Assembly: GCA_043228905.1 (NCBI GenBank)
Contig: JBHGNT010000001.1
Coordinates: 1,302,001 to 1,366,000 of the forward strand
DNA length: 64,000 nucleotides
Origin: Azolla caroliniana
Lineage: Eukaryota > Plantae > Polypodiophyta
Reading direction: 5' to 3'
The position numbers were made by a program, and so were the translations under genes. Below, piece by piece: positions 39,161 to 51,400 of the stretch; within the stretch, counting starts at the first letter, position 1; every line of letters starts with the position of its first letter. Under the pieces are notes generated by a model. It searched no databases, was not told where the DNA came from, and was given only the letters and a program-made list of their open reading frames with translations.

Positions 39161-39959
39161 ACTACTTATTTCCATATTTCATTATTTCTTTAATTTACAA
39201 GTATTTTAATTTTATTATTCTATTTGTTTACACGTTTTTTATTTTTTGTTTGAGTTTTAATTGTTTGTTTATTTATCGACAAGTTTCTTATTTTTATTGT
39301 CAATTTTTAATATTTCACAAGTTTTTTATTTTTATAATTTTCCTATAAAATTAAGAAATTTGTGAAAAAAAAACAATAAAAAACAACTAATAAAAGGTTG
39401 TGTGTGTATATATGTATTTTTATATATGTTCAAGTTTTTTTATTTCTTATTTATTATTGTGTGTTTGTGTGTGTGTATATATATATATACAAGTTTTTTA
39501 TTTCTTAAATTTTATTTTTATTTTTTACTACTACACACACACACACACACACACACACAAGTACAAGAACAAGAACAAGGTTAGTGGAGTAGTAAAGCGT
39601 GATTGCAAGAACTAGGTTTGGTACAACAGGAGCAATTCCTTGTGTGCTCCTAAGTGAGTAAATACAAATACAAATAGAGCTCAAGAAGTGATATGAAAAC
39701 TAACCTTAGAATAAAATCCAAGGTTCAATTATATATAATATGATATTATACCACACTATTAACCCATCAACTATATTCAATGTGTTGCTCTTCCTTGTAG
39801 TCCACGTGTGAGTGTTCTTGGAGCATATTCACATATATCGCTTTGAAAAACCACATCAACTGTGTCATCTAATCCGATTTGAAAACCAATTCATCTTTTT
39901 ATACAACAAACTTCTTCTCTTCCAATTGTTTGGCTCTCGTATCATTTACGAAATCCCAA

Positions 39960-40210
39960 ATCGTTTGGTTGCTTTTTGACCTCACACAATACTTGAATTA
40001 CGAGTCAATAGCTTCTTAATTTGGTCATGAACCAAAGCCTTTGTACATATCTTCACATAATTGTCTTCCATCAAATAATATTCCAACTTCACCTTCTCAT
40101 CCCAAAGGAGCTCTAGTGCATACGAAATGGTATTGAATATCAATATGCTTGGCCTACTTGGAGAACACCAAATTCTTTGCAACAGGGTTGAAGCATTGGC
40201 TCTCATATCC
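39960..40210 (-). mobile_element. decayed copia RNase H relic
   Basis: KVKLEYYLMEDNYVKICTKAL resembles the consensus V.LEYCPTEDN.ADIFTKAL. Confidence 0.5.
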
Positions 40211-40419
40211 TATCTACATTAACTCCCCGCTCCCCTTCAAATTGGCATCTTGATTTTTGCTAGAATATTTCTCAATCATATTGCATCACACGCTATCTTG
40301 TACTTCCTTTTCGTTCTAGTTTAAGGAATATATATACGTATATGTGGAAGTTTGCCCATCCTTTCCAAGGACAACAAAAAAATGTTTGGTGGGTTTTTGC
40401 TTTAATGATTTTTGACAAG

Positions 40420-40700
40420 GCTAAACAAAAACATTGTCTAACCCACTTCTTGTACCCAATAAGAACATGTACGTATTTCTCATTACCTTAGGGTTTATTG
40501 TGCCAAAATGAGACCCTGCTGCATCTATATGGATTTCCACAAGTATGTACCTTTTGTCTACGCCATTGAGAACCTTTGACGTTAGCAAGAACCTTTTGTT
40601 TCTAGTATATACTTCATTTCTCCTACCAACTAGAAATTGCCCAAACGACTTCTTTTCTACACATTGGAGATTGCCACAACAACATGGATAGTTGTCAAAG
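40420..40700 (-). mobile_element. possible decayed gypsy integrase zinc-binding relic
   Basis: DKRYILVEIHIDAAGSHFG resembles the H...GGHFG integrase_H2C2 motif; short and degenerate. Confidence 0.4.
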
Positions 40701-40704
40701 TCAC

Positions 40705-40822
40705 TGCGGTTTTTACGGTTTGAAAAATGTTTAACGGTTTCATGGTTCGGTTCAGGTTTCAAAAAATTTAAACGGTTCGGTTTGGACCCTCTCAAACCGA
40801 ACCAAACTGTTGTCGATTGTTA
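40705..40822. mobile_element. orphan hAT end relic upstream of BRIZ
   Basis: Cluster of CGGTT/AACCG motifs ending in TTGTCGATTGTTA, similar to the right TIR TTGCCGATTCCTA at 54872-54884. Confidence 0.55.
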
Positions 40823-41025
40823 ATTCTTGCACACAAAGCATTGTGAATTGCATATATGTACATACAATATGTATACATACATATACATATGTACATGTAT
40901 AGTATACTGTATACATATATGTACGTGCGTGTGTATGTTTAGTCGTCTTTCATACTTCTCCGCTCTGCTGTATGTTCAAGAACCACGAAGAGGAAGGAGG
41001 AAGAGACCCACAGTCAGACTTACAA

Positions 41026-44000
41026 ATGTTCGTGCTTAAGATTCATGTGCTGGAGACCAGAGATGGAGGAGGAGGAGGAGATGGAGGGAAGATGAAGGAG
41101 GTGTTACAAAGTAGTCCAGATGATGGCGATGGCCGTGGTGATTGCAAGGGCCATGTTGATGGCGATGAGGATGCGAGAATCGAAGGCGAAACAAATCCGC
41201 TCTTTGTGTCCGAGACTACTTGTGGCATCACACATCTCTTCCGCAATGTCTCGGCATCGCCCCACGCAGTTGGCCTATTACCGGTAGGTATTTCTCCTTC
41301 TCCACTTTTTATTTTTTTCCATTCAATTCTCTTTTCATTTTTACTGGAGATTTCTTGCATCCATGTGTGCATCATGACTTTTGTACACGTTTTTTCCCTT
41401 CATCAATCCAACTTGGGTTCATTTGTACTCTTATTACTCCTACCAGATTTTTGAGATATATACAATTTCCGCATCCTTTCTTTCGCATGACGATGCGCTT
41501 CAAATGACTTTGTATTTATAATTTTCCTCGAACTACAGTTCAGGACATTCTGAATATCCGTGATTTGCTTAATTTATCCAATTGAGCATCTTATATGCTG
41601 ATTAACCCCAGAATTTTCCTCAAACTAACTTTGGGATACATATTTTGTGCGACGTGCTTCCACAGAGTATCCTCATTCCACTTTTTAATCGTAACATGGT
41701 GATTTTTCTCAGATTTCTCATCAAACTACATTGATGTCTTGTATGAAATCCTTTCTCCAATAAGACGTATTAGCCATTAAATCCAATTATATATAGATAC
41801 ATGATTCAAGCAGAGTGGTTAAAGTAATATTGAACAGTAAATATGTTTGTCATTACATTATTTCTTGCATGACAACATTTTGAAATGATTGGCTGATATG
41901 TAAATTTGGTCACATAATAAAGAAGTATGCAAACTATATTGATGTCTTGTATGAAATCCTTTCTCCAATAAGACGTATTAGCCATTAAATCCAATTATAT
42001 ATAGATACATGATTCAAGCAGAGTGGTTAAAGTAATATTGAACAGTAAATATGTTTGTCATTACATTATTTCTTGCATGACAACATTTTGAAATGATTGG
42101 CTGATATGTAAATTTGGTCACATAATAAAGAAGTATGCAAATTGAGTCGAAACCCACATCTTTCTTTGATAAGGGACTCTGAATTTGGCCACTAGAAAGA
42201 CTGAAACATGACATTCTTTTAAGTATGTAGTAAGAGATTGATGTGCTTGCCATGCAATTTTCACACTACTTTGTTCTGTGAGGTGGTGTGTTGGATGAAA
42301 GATGTACTCAAGGCATGCCTTAAATTTGAAGCCAAAGACAAGGTTTCACCAAGAAACTGTCTTAAATAATGCAATTTCGAATTTGGATGTCATTAATATT
42401 TGTGTTTATAGTTTTCACAACATTGGACATTTCATCAAGTTCCATTTTTTAAAGAATCTAAGCTTCATTTGAAACTCAAATTGTGAATTTGGGGTGCAAG
42501 TTTAAGGAAGCACTTAAGCAGGGTTTGAGAAATTTTATAACTGATGATTAAGTGCATGAAAGTAAAAAGTCAACGGAAACGTGAGATATAACATGGTGGC
42601 CATGTCCCTGGATGAGAGCAGCTTCCCATTTGGCAGCATATCTTTGCCAAATCAACATATTCTTCATGAGAATCATCCTATTTTGTTGAGGACAAATCAG
42701 CTCGGCAGAGCATAATAATCTCAATTAACATTTTCTTCATGAGAATCATCCTCTTGTAGACAGCTCCCACGTTGAGCAATATATCTTAAGAAAGATAAAT
42801 GAATGAACCATGCGTTCAGCCAGTTCCCTGACTTGACTCTATGTCAATCCCCTGCTTTATTACAGAAACTTTTTCATCCCTCCTGCACACAAGGTCAAGG
42901 GAGTAATGGTGGTATCATTCCTAGACAATTATGTCTCTAGGAAGGACTTCATTCTAGTACTGATACTGACTTGTAACCTCCTGAAACTGAGTGTGCAAAG
43001 CCATTTCTTTTACAGTTTTATACATAAACAGGTGGCTGTAATAACTGTAGCTTGATGGACTGATTCTAATGGACTCTATGTACAGGTTATATATATAAGC
43101 ACTGTTTTTTTTTGCAGAAAAAGAACATAGAATGTACTCTCAAGTACTATATCAGACAATATTCTGCACAAGGCTAAGAAACTGTGCATGAACCCTTTAA
43201 GCAAAGGCACACATGACTAACACTTACACTGAAGACATGTGTTAGTGATGAATGAAAAAAATTAAGAAAGATGTTATTTTATCTTCAAATGTTCTTCTTT
43301 GGTTCTGGTATGTTTTATCTGTTATATTAGATGGGTTTTTGGCTGCTACCAACCTCCATCTATGTTTACCATTGCTTTACATGAACTTAATGCAATTGTC
43401 TCCAAAATTATGACTACGATATTAACTGCCCTTGTGGATGCATATAATATCAAGGAGTAGATTTTATATATTTTTCTTCGGCTTGATGCCTTGAGCTAAT
43501 CATGTTTTATTTGGAAGAGCCATTGCTTCTATAACGATGGCCGCGTCACTTGATTTACAATTAACTGTTTTGATACTAGTGCAGCCTGAACGTAGTGAGC
43601 TTTTATACATACTTGCCATTCCAAGTTATATGACGAATGTGGAGTTCTACCAATTTATGGGGACATTTCTGCAGAATGTTAAGGAAATAAGATTTGTTAG
43701 GTGAATCACTGATCCCAACCTTTTCAATGAGATTTGAAATATCGAAAAACAAATTCTGATTGATATTCTTTATTGCCTTAGAAATGATGTCTCAAATGAC
43801 AGATACAGCACTATAATGAAATTTGACAGCCAGAGCTCAGCTGATAATTTCGTTAAACACTATAATGGGAAGCCATTCTCTTCCTTTAAGGTTTGTATCT
43901 TATAAAATGCAGAAACTTCTTGTAATGTTCTTGTGGATGAAGCTTTTATATGATGAAACAGTCTCTTCCCTCAACTGCAGGAGGAGTCATGCCATGTGCT

Positions 44001-46737
44001 TTTTATTGCAGATGTGCAGTTCACTAACTCAGGAGAAGAAGCCTCCTCTCCCCCTGTTGGTTTAACTGAGCTTCCTACATGTCCACTTTGTCTGGGTATG
44101 AAATCGAAAAAGATGCCTCACAGTGCTAATCTCCAGTATTAGGAATGGCAGAGCTAGCTCCTAGGCATTACAAATACATTTTTAACAACTTGGTTATTTT
44201 TTATGTGGTGTTTATTTTTTAACAACTTTTTGAATTCATTTTCTTCTCAATCATATTTATCCTTTTACATTATAAAAAAATTAATGACTTTCTATTGTCT
44301 GTTTTTTTTATATGTTTTCAATTTTGTGTGATTTCATTTTGAACATTACATTTATATTTTTATGTCTTAATTGCTTGAATCAAAACCTTCATAATGGTCA
44401 GCCCATGTTGAAGATCTTTCCAAGGCAGAACTTTCCATCAATCTAAGCCTAGACTGGGGAAATGCTTAGCTGGTGATATTCTCTGGCACATTTGGGAGTT
44501 ATAATAATTTAGTTATATAAATTTCAGTTTGGTGTCAAAGATAACAGATGGAAACTTTTGTTTGGTTTCATAGGCCTTTTTGACATCTTAAAAAGTGTTA
44601 AATACGTCTTTCTTTCCTTTTTCTCTCTTTTTAATTTCGCTTGAAGTTTTCCTCTCTTTTTTAACTTATTCATGAATTACTCTTCTGTTTGTTTCTTCCT
44701 CATTTTCTCACAGACAAATAAAAAAGATTAATCCTGTAATACTCTAGTTTGGTATACAGATATCTTTATGAGTAGGGATAAATGATGGGTTCTAAATGTA
44801 ATAGACTAACCAACAAACTTCCATTGATAAACTTATGATGATTGATGCAGAACGACTTGATCAGCATATAAGTGGGATCTCGACTCCAGCATGCAATTAT
44901 TTATTTTATACTCCAAGCATCATAAAGTGGAAAGATTCATCTTGCCCTGTAAAGATACACACGTTTTACCATCGTAAATATAAACCAATTGAGCAAGTCA
45001 TGATTTTACCAATGTCTTCTTGTTTCGTGCGTAGGTATGCCATTATTGCCAGGAGCAGTCTAAAGAATCCATGTGTACAGTTTGCGCTACATCTGAGAAT
45101 TTGTGGATCTGTGTTATTTGTAGCTTTGTCGGATGTGGAAGGTATACACTTCTTAACTGTTACCCTTTAATGGTCTCCCTCATATACACATAAATGACAA
45201 TAATAAGGAAATTATTCCTTCAGATATCAACAAGGTCATGCAATAAAACACTGGAAGGAAAGTCACCATTGCTACTCCCTTGAAGTAGAAACCCAAAGAG
45301 TGTGGGATTATGTTGGTGATGGATACGTACATCGCTTAATTCAATCTAAAACTGATGGGAAACTTGTAGAACTGAATGCACCTTGTGGTGAAGGGACGAA
45401 TGAATGTGGGATTTATGGATGCAGCCATGATGTATCTGGAATGACTGAAGCTTTAATGAACAGCAAGCTAGATGGGGTATGTAGAATGTATGCAAAAAAC
45501 TGTGTTTATTCAATGAATGTTCTACTTGAGAACTGTGTTTATGTCATAGTTCTGATTTCTAAAAGCATTAAAAGATAGATTCTTTGCTACATATATTGTC
45601 AAGTATGAAAATAAATAGCCAGCTTAAAAGTTTGATCTTTGTGCCAGATTTTTTCTGAATATAATCAACTGCTTACTAGTCAGCTAGAAAAGCAAAGAGA
45701 GGTAAGTTGAATTCCGAACTCATTTTTTGTGCAATTTGAAAAAGTATTCATTTCAGTTGTTAATGTAAGTTTTTCTTTAGTATTATGAAGGTATCCTATC
45801 AGAGGCAAAACAGAAGAAAGAAACTGTCATTGCACAGGCTGTAGAAAAGGCTGTGAGCCTTAAATTACAGAAGCTGCAATCTAGACTGGAGAAAGCTGAG
45901 AAAGAAAAGAAAATCCTTGAGCAAGTGAAAATCACCACACTCTGTACTTATATGATCATAATTAGGATCATCACTCCTGGGCATATAAAGAAAGATGTTA
46001 TTAATTTTTATATTTGCTCTGGGGAGAGTTGATCCATTCCAAATGTGTAGGTTGCTTCAATTTCTAAAACTTCAAATTTTCTTTTTATGGATGTATCAAA
46101 TCAAATAGTTGAATGAATCCATGAAGGCAAACCAGGAGTCTTGGAAGTTGACAATATTAAAAGCTGAAGAAAGGTTTGAGTCTCAACTGTCCACTGTATA
46201 AATATGGGAGGCTCAATTATGGTTTTTAAGTTTTACTTGAGGCTTGGTTATTATCAGGTTGGTTGATGTTTACTCCAAGCAAACAAATACCATTCTGTTT
46301 TTTTTCAGTGAGAGAGCTGCTATTGAAGAGCGAGATAATCGCATTGCTGATCTGGAGGAACAGGTTATTACTTTTAAATAATTGCTTGAAGACTATGTTT
46401 AAACTCTATACGACCTTGGTATAAATGGCAAAAAGTAGAAAAAATGATGTTGCCATAGTACCTTTCGATCATTGCACACAAATGTTAATTAGAAGTGGGT
46501 AGATTTGGATGAATGGGTCAACGGTTTATTTTTATAAAGAGAGATTTTATGTTTCTACGGACTTTTCTCTAATTGATACAGGTTAGGGATTTCATGGTTT
46601 GCATTGAAGCTCAAAGGATGTTGGCAACTACTGATACTTCAGACATACGGGATGGGACTGTTCTAAGAGTAGCCGCACCGCCAACACCAAAACAGAACAG
46701 TCGCTCTTCAAAGACTAGTGGGAGGAAAAAGAAATGA
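41026..46737 (+). CDS. BRIZ: BRIZ/BRAP2-type protein (BRAP2 domain, degenerate RING-H2, ZnF-UBP, coiled coil); exons 41026-41283, 43585-43700, 43782-43890, 43981-44095, 44851-44948, 45035-45141, 45224-45476, 45648-45701, 45781-45924, 46109-46173, 46309-46363, 46582-46737
   Basis: MFVLKIH; AIPSYMT.VEFYQF; [17 protein letters not shown]...YNGKPFSS; [14 protein letters not shown]; [24 protein letters not shown]; [26 protein letters not shown]; [14 protein letters not shown]; DLEEQVRDFM. All GT-AG with consistent phases. An in-frame upstream ATG exists at 40972. Confidence 0.93.
41722..42141. repeat. near-perfect 208-bp tandem duplication in BRIZ intron 1
   Basis: TTGATGTCTTGTATGAAATCC at 41731 and 41939; units run to AAGTATGCAAA at 41933 and 42141. 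Confidence 0.95.
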
Positions 46738-48472
46738 TTCATCATTTTGTAAATATGATATATACAGCATACCCATTAAAGGGCGTTTTCGTAGAAGCCA
46801 AAAAGGAATCAATGTCATACATTCTTTTATATAAATTGGTTTACTGAATATAGTAGCTAAAGCAAACTGGTTAATAATAGTGAATGTCATTGGAGCATAG
46901 CCAGATGTGCTCAAGAGTTTGTGTGTTGTATTGACGTGGTCATTTACTAACAAAATGTCAAGGGTTTTGATGTAGAACATAACCAATTTTGACAACCACA
47001 ATTAAAAAGAGAAGTTTTGAATGGGTTCTACAAAAATAAGGCGAAAATAAGTTGGATCTCCATCATTATTGGACGTATACATGGAAAGAGGTCATCATTT
47101 GCACTGTTTGACGATTAGGTTGCACCACCACAAGTACTCAGATTATCTTGTATTATAAATCATGGTTGCATAATCAATCTTATGCAATGATATACTGCCT
47201 GTGTTGAAAGGGCAAGAGCTCAAGATGTTCTTTCTGATCACATACGTGGAAGTTTCTGAAACTAACACAAGATACATTGCTGATAGGGATATGAATTAAA
47301 TGTCACTGTCTAGGAGTGTATGTAGATGTGATTTTCTTTCATATAAAGTAGCACGTCACTCAGTATAGCTCTAAAATTTATCATATTCTGCAAGTATGAA
47401 CACCACTTGCAAATAATTATTATCAGACTATTTATCACATTTTTAGGTTCCAACAAAATCCATCTGGCCCATATGGATATACATGGTGCCACAATCCATC
47501 TTCTCAATTTCTGCTTACACATTGTGATCAGAGACCCGATGACATTCAGTTAATGCTTCATTCTATTTAAGATTGAACCGATTATCTTGATCACAGATCA
47601 CTGATGTGTTCTTTTTCCACCAACATTCTCATGGCACCATGGTAAAGAGTAATAAAGTCAAATTGCTTTTGCTAAACCTGCTCCTTCAAATAAATATACC
47701 ATATCTTACACATGATGAGCTGAGCAAAAACTAACTGATAACATACTTCTACCCATACCATATCAGCCTTCAGTTTCAGCATTTAAACAATAAATATGAG
47801 TGGGACAAAATGTTAATGCATAACAACCATGTGAAAATTTTTAATATGAATATTTTCACCAATACTGAATGCTTAGTCCTACAATAATATTGGGATCCAG
47901 TATTTTAGCATCTGATAGTTGCTGGTCAAGTTTACAACCGTTCCATAAACAATGAATTACAACAAGTTGTTTCATAACGATTTCAGTAAGACTTTTTGAA
48001 ACATTCATTGACAAATATATGATATTCAGAAGAAGAAATAAAATGAAACAAAGAATAACGAAATCCATGGACAAATCACATCCAGAACTACAGATTTCAG
48101 AATGGCGGTTTTACAATACAACACATCAAGTAATTGACATATGAGAGCACGAGAGATTCCAGAAACACCACAAATAGTAGCTGTAGTAGTATTCTTGGGT
48201 AAGAAATGAATTGGGCACAGACAGAAGCCACCTCAAATTGCAGACCATTTTACAAACAAAAAAAAGACAGCTACTACCTACCTATCATTGAAAGGGAATC
48301 AATACTTTACAAGCCTCTCATCTATGATTAACAAATTGGTCGGCCATGTGTATGGAATTGTGAAGTAAACAAATACACTACTTACTAAATACTGTTGGCT
48401 ATATGAATGAAGCTGCAACAAATAAGACTACACATCTGGAAGCATGCCTTCATTATATATATAGTTAACTAA

Positions 48473-51400
48473 TCATGTTACCAAGTAATCCCACCACTTC
48501 TGTTTCAAGGTGCGATTCTCATCATCTCCGTCATCCTCTCCATCATCTTCATCCTCTTCACTCCCTGCGTTGCTCACATTTCCTTCATTTGAATCTGCAG
48601 CTTGGTCTGTGAAGGTAGTGTCTTCTGCTTCTGCTTCTTCAACCACCTCTTCCACATTCTCTAGAACTACCACCTCGCCCTCACTTACCTCTCCTTCCTC
48701 ACCTTCAGCTTGATCGAAGGTTTCTCCTCCCTCCGAATCTTCCCCACGCAAGACGCCATTCCTATCACTTTTCATCATGACCATACCCACCATTTGCTCT
48801 TCCAACACGAATTCAAGTGAATCTCCTTCATGATTCTCGAAGTTTGCAGATCGAACAAGTGTCTCAACCGTCATAGCCTGATAGCACATTCCAAAGGCTG
48901 CGTTTAGATGGATTTCCAACCTTCATTTAAATGGGAATGAGCACTGATTTTACTGTTCTAACCTACTTGTGTACAATAGGAAAGCTATACTTGGAATTTT
49001 AATTTGTTCAAAGGACTTTCTGCAAGCATACAGATTGACAGACACAAACCTAAGACACTTGGGATTTCAATTTGGTCAAACGAACTTTATGCAAGCATAT
49101 AAATTGACAGACCCAACATACATTACACAACCCTCATTAACTCCTTGGTAGGTAGAGTTCCTTCTTTGGCAAGAGCTTTTATAAACAATTATACAAGATC
49201 ACTCATCTAAATCTAATGAATAAAAGCATAAGAGTGTAGATTAGCCTTTAGAATAGTGGTGCTGTTTTCTATTACTTACATTATCAGACTCTGGCAGAGT
49301 AACATCTTTCATGGAAGCTGCAGCTTGTGTGCGATGATCACCTAAAGACTTGGGCACTCCCAATTTAGTTCTGAAATACAGCAATAAATCAACTAGTTAA
49401 TATGTGTCCCTAGGAAGAAAGAAGGGATTCATCTTCTCCTTTGAAACCTCAACAGAAAATCATAATGTTTTGTTTGAAAAGACTACCAACGAACATGCAG
49501 CATAGAACTAGATGACAGATGTGGAACTTACATGGTAGAACGCCTAAAATTGTATCTCTTAGCTGCAGATTTCCCATTTCCAACATCAGTATCAAAACTG
49601 CTTTCAGAAATCTTCTGACGACGTTTCCTCTTTCCATTCACTATGGTATCAGATTCAGTTTCTATGTCCTCAATCTCACTTTCATGATGGCGTTTCCGAC
49701 TTTTCTTGTTTGACCTAGAATATATTTCTTGCTCCTCAGCTTGACCTACTAATTCCCCATCCCTATCTTCAATGGTCTTCAAAAGTTCTTCATCACCACC
49801 ACCCTCACTTACCCCTCTTTCATCAGAGAAGGACTCCAGTATAGCCTTTGCATCCTCCACAACAGCATGAGTAGAATGAGTTTTCTTACTTCCTTTAGCT
49901 TTCACCTTCCTCCTACCATCATCATCATGCTCCATAAAGCCATGACTTGATTTTGACATGCTTGAAGATTCTTGCTCTCCTGAATGTGTAGCATGTGGTT
50001 GAATATTACCTGCATCAGCTGCAGGTGGAGTATCAGGAGTAACTTTGCCCTCCCTACCTTTTCCTTTAGCCGATGCTCTGAAGATAAATGGTTCAGACTT
50101 TCCTTCGGGTGATGAAAATAGGCCTGATACACATTTTCGTAACCACAACAAGCGACTAGGGGTAGCCTTTTCTGGAGTTGATTGATTATTAATTGCCACT
50201 GGGGTAGAAATATCTTGAGGAATGGTAACTTCTTGCTTTGAGGTTGACACCAGTTGCTTGACCTTTGGTGTCGAAACCATCACTTCAGTCAGCGGTGAAG
50301 CTTCCACTGAATTATCCCCTCGTTTCTGCTCTTCTTTCAGCTTTCTTAGTTTTTCGGCTTCCTGAACAGTTTCATCTCTCTCTTTGATCAAAGACTCCCT
50401 CTGATCTTTGAGTTTTTCCCTTTGCACCTGCAACTCTTCAATATCTTTCTTGATTTCCAACCACTCTCTACCACACTCCTCCCGAAGCTTTGAAACCTCT
50501 TCCCTTTCTTTCTCAAGCTTGACTTTCTCTTGCTCGACTTCCTCCATTTTTCTCTCAGCCAATGCCCTTATCTCCTCTATTTTCTCTTTCTCCCGCTCTG
50601 ATTCTTTCTTCATCTTCACTTCAAGTTCCTTCCGTTGCCTTTCAACCTCCATTGCACGCTTCTCAATGCTGCTTTCCAGCTCCTCTCTCTTTAAATTCAG
50701 GTCCTTCACAAGAATCTCCCTTTCTTTCTCTATTGAAGAAAACCATTGAACCCTCTCATTCTCCATGGTTTGGGTGAAATCTTCTTTCTCAAGACGAAGA
50801 GCCTCAGAATCTCTTTGAATCTGTTCCCTCAAACTCTGTTTCTCTTCTTTTAATCTTGATTCTTCATCACGCAACCATTTGGCAACTCGCCGTGCCTCTT
50901 CATCAGTCTTGGAAAGCTCCTTGTTCACTTCCTCACGCTTCTCATCAAGAATATCCCACTCCTTCTCAAACCTTTCTTTCTCCCTCTTCAATTCCTCTGC
51001 CTCCAATGCCAAGGACTTCTTCTGTGCCCTGCAATCATCAATTTCCTCCTTCAGGCACTTCTGCAGTTTAAGTAGATCTTCCCTCTCCTCCTCTGTCACT
51101 CTCAGCTTCTCTTCTTCCGCAGCAAGTTTCTGTTTCTCTGCTTCCATAAGGGTCTTTGCATTCTGTATCTCCAACAAAACTTGGTTCAAACTTTCCTTCT
51201 CCTCCTCATACAACTTCTTCCCATCCTCAAGCTGTTTCTCCTCAGCTTTTAAAACACGTTCTCTGTCTTTAAGTGCCTTCGTCCTCACTTCTAGGTCCTT
51301 ATCTTTCTCCTTCTGCTTCTCTGCTTTCTTTTCCAACTGCTGCTCTTTTTTCATGAGCTTCTCTTCTTTCACCCGAAACTCATTCTCTAGCTCCTGAAGT

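Noticed and set aside
44892-44918. U-to-C RNA editing restoring the BRIZ RING histidines
   Set aside because: Three differences are T-for-C, but reverse editing is established only in organelles, and the sixth ligand (AGC vs TGC) could not be repaired this way. Deamination or relaxed selection is simpler.
50408-51397. Ser/Phe-rich plus-strand ORFs
   Set aside because: Antisense shadows of the Glu/Lys-rich CRWN coiled coil.
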